NCBI GenBank assembly: GCA_041659045.1 | Contig: JBAZZB010000002.1 | Span: forward strand, 231,412 to 295,411 | Origin: Patescibacteria group bacterium | GTDB lineage: Bacteria > Patescibacteriota > Patescibacteriia > SG8-24 > DYFX01 | Length of the DNA stretch: 64,000 bases | Reading direction: 5' to 3' | Shown: positions 62,490-64,000 of the stretch, in pieces | How positions within the stretch are numbered: position 1 is the stretch's first letter | How the letters are laid out: every line of letters starts with the position of its first letter | Notes under the pieces: generated by a model | Database searches by the model: none | What the model saw: only the letters and a program-made list of their open reading frames with translations | Told to the model about the DNA's origin: nothing | Position numbers and translations under genes: made by a program

Positions 62490-62640
62490 CTAATATTAGC
62501 GATTTATGAATCCACACCCCTGTGGGGATGGGAGAAGTTATCAACAGGTTACCAACACTTTGATTTTTTGTGAAGCATTTGTGGGGATAGTTGCTCACCT
62601 GTGGATGATGTTGTAGGCTTTGATCAGTGTTTTTTAATTT
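62490..62640. promoter_or_regulatory. rpmH-dnaA divergent intergenic region with degenerate DnaA boxes and AT-rich tracts
   Basis: The candidate boxes are TGAATCCACA (62507), TTATCAACA (62536), TCATCCACA (reverse complement of 62600-62608) and two TATCCCCACA-like sites (reverse complements near 62520 and 62580). The AT-rich runs are TTGATTTTTTGTG and TGTTTTTTAATTTT. Confidence 0.4.
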
Positions 62641-62649
62641 TCCCCGCGT

Positions 62650-64000
62650 ATGACCACGCACGAGCTGTGGCAAGCCGCCCTCGGCGAGCTTGAACTGTCC
62701 CTGTCGAAAGCGAACTACACAACCTGGTTCCGAAACACCTTTATTTCGACATTCGACGACGGCCGTATCGTGGTTTCCGTTCCGAATACGTTTACAAAAG
62801 CTTGGCTCGAGAAGAAGTATCACACGGCGATCCTCAAAGCCCTCCAGAACGTCGCAAAGGAAGGGGCTCGCGAAGTGCACTATAAGGTTGAGTTGAAGCC
62901 TTCGGCTCCTCAGGACATTATTACTTCCGTTGGTGCAGCCCCGACCGTTGCGTCTGTCGCCCCGAGTCAGGCCGCGCATCAAGAAGAAGAGGTCGCAGAG
63001 GGTAGCAAGGATTTTAGTTTGAATCCCCGCTACACGTTTGAACACTTTATTGTCGGTAAAACCAACGAATTGGCGCACGCGGCGGCCCTCGCGGTTACCG
63101 AAAAGCCCGGTCGCTACAACCCGCTCTTCATTTACGGCGGTGTCGGTCTCGGAAAAACGCACCTTTTGCAGGCAATCGGCCACAAAATGGTCGAAATGAA
63201 CCCGCGCACAAAGGTTCTTTACGTTACCTGTGAACGTTTCACCAACGAATTCATTCACGCCGTCCGTAATGGTCGCGGCAAGGAATTCAAGGACACCTAT
63301 CGTGGCCTCGACCTGCTTTTGATCGACGACATTCAGTTCATCACCGGTAAAGAAGGCACACAGGAGGAGTTTTTCCATACCTTCAATGCTCTTCACCAGT
63401 CGAACAAGCAGATCATCATGAGCTCCGACCGCGCTCCGAAGGCCATTCAGGGTATTGAGCAGCGCCTCGTTTCACGTTTCGAATGGGGCATGATGGTCGA
63501 TATCAGCACGCCGGACCTCGAAACCCGCGTTGCCATTCTTGAATCGAAGTGCAAGGAAAAACACTACGAAATTCCGCGCGAAATCCTTTCCTACGTTGCC
63601 AGCGCCATTCAGTCGAACGTGCGTGAATTGGAAGGCACCCTCAACAAGATCATCGCCTACCATCAGTTCAAAAACCTGAAACCGAGTCTCGAAACGGTGC
63701 GCGAGCTCGTTTCGACGATAAACAACGCGGCTGGAACCAAAAAGAACCTCACTCCGAAGGATCTTTTGGATACCGTTGCCAACTACTACGATATTGCCGT
63801 GGCTGATTTGCTCGGAAAGTGCCGTGAAAAAAGGCTTTCATTCCCCCGCCAGATCATCATGTACCTCATGCGCGAGGAGCTCAGCTCTTCGTACCCTTCT
63901 ATCGGTAAGATGATTGGTGGCCGCGATCACACGACGGCAATTCACGCCTACACGAAAATTGTCGCCGATATTCAGGAGGACGAAAAGCTTCGCCACGACC
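62650..64000 (+). CDS. dnaA: chromosomal replication initiator DnaA (3' end beyond the window)
   Basis: The sequence begins MTTHELWQAALGELELSLSKANYTTWF and includes the AAA+ Walker A motif GGVGLGKTHLLQAIGH and the sensor regions. The frame is open to the end of the window. Confidence 0.95.
   Translation, partial: MTTHELWQAALGELELSLSKANYTTWFRNTFISTFDDGRIVVSVPNTFTKAWLEKKYHTAILKALQNVAKEGAREVHYKVELKPSAPQDIITSVGAAPTVASVAPSQAAHQEEEVAEGSKDFSLNPRYTFEHFIVGKTNELAHAAALAVTEKPGRYNPLFIYGGVGLGKTHLLQAIGHKMVEMNPRTKVLYVTCERFTNEFIHAVRNGRGKEFKDTYRGLDLLLIDDIQFITGKEGTQEEFFHTFNALHQSNKQIIMSSDRAPKAIQGIEQRLVSRFEWGMMVDISTPDLETRVAILESKCKEKHYEIPREILSYVASAIQSNVRELEGTLNKIIAYHQFKNLKPSLETVRELVSTINNAAGTKKNLTPKDLLDTVANYYDIAVADLLGKCREKRLSFPRQIIMYLMREELSSSYPSIGKMIGGRDHTTAIHAYTKIVADIQEDEKLRHD

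Noticed and set aside
1-64000. CRISPR arrays, rRNA operons, transposases, IS elements, prophage genes.
   Set aside because: No short regularly spaced direct repeats and no rRNA-like conserved stretches were seen. None of the translated ORFs shows DDE/HUH transposase or phage structural-protein signatures. The only recombinase is a housekeeping-type XerC/D-like gene.

Overview
This 64-kb window is bacterial chromosomal DNA, roughly 55-60% GC overall. It ends in the replication-initiation neighbourhood: rpmH-rnpA-yidD on the minus strand, and a divergent dnaA that runs off the 3' edge. Recognisable core genes, in order, are hsp20, a VanW-like gene, clpP, an nrnA-like DHH gene (a second, degenerate paralog lies later), an unusually short smc-like gene, an SPFH gene, rpsP, khpA, NAD(P) malic enzyme, an EVE-domain gene, dedA, tRNA-Arg(TCT)+tRNA-His(GTG), an orphan sensor kinase, a xerC/D-like recombinase, rpsO, a NYN-domain gene, pnp, a dksA-like gene, lspA, yifB/comM, an M23/LysM peptidase, rnhB, H+-pyrophosphatase, a CPBP protease, tig, nfo and a DUF167 gene. 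Interleaved with these are many GC-rich (about 65-70%) hypothetical genes, very often as tandem paralog pairs. Each has its own TTGACA-N17-TAnnnT promoter and a hairpin plus T-run terminator. The most striking features are as follows. (1) A GC-rich island at about 3.4-10.15 kb holds 10 co-directional hypothetical ORFs, including two paralogous lipoproteins. Nearly every intergenic gap carries a conserved imperfect-palindrome element (CTGARG..stem..CCTTCAGCC..stem..GGCCCTGAA) whose central CUUCAG can pair either upstream or downstream. (2) At 16.6-20.1 kb lies a family of minus-strand Cys-rich proteins that share a conserved 3' module (..PYR-stop plus a GACGACC hairpin terminator), including a decayed pseudogene fragment. 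(3) At 46.2-46.34 kb five DnaA boxes sit next to an AT-rich tract, 16 kb from dnaA, which has its own weaker box cluster upstream. (4) Two ORF-free structured spacers (46.4-46.8 kb and 60.08-60.64 kb) may encode small RNAs. (5) An approximately 75-bp element occurs twice in inverted orientation (2960-3032 and 27175-27247), each time abutting a stop codon. I found no CRISPR array, rRNA, transposase or prophage. All coordinates and structures were read by eye from the sequence, and every functional call rests on motif recognition without database searches.
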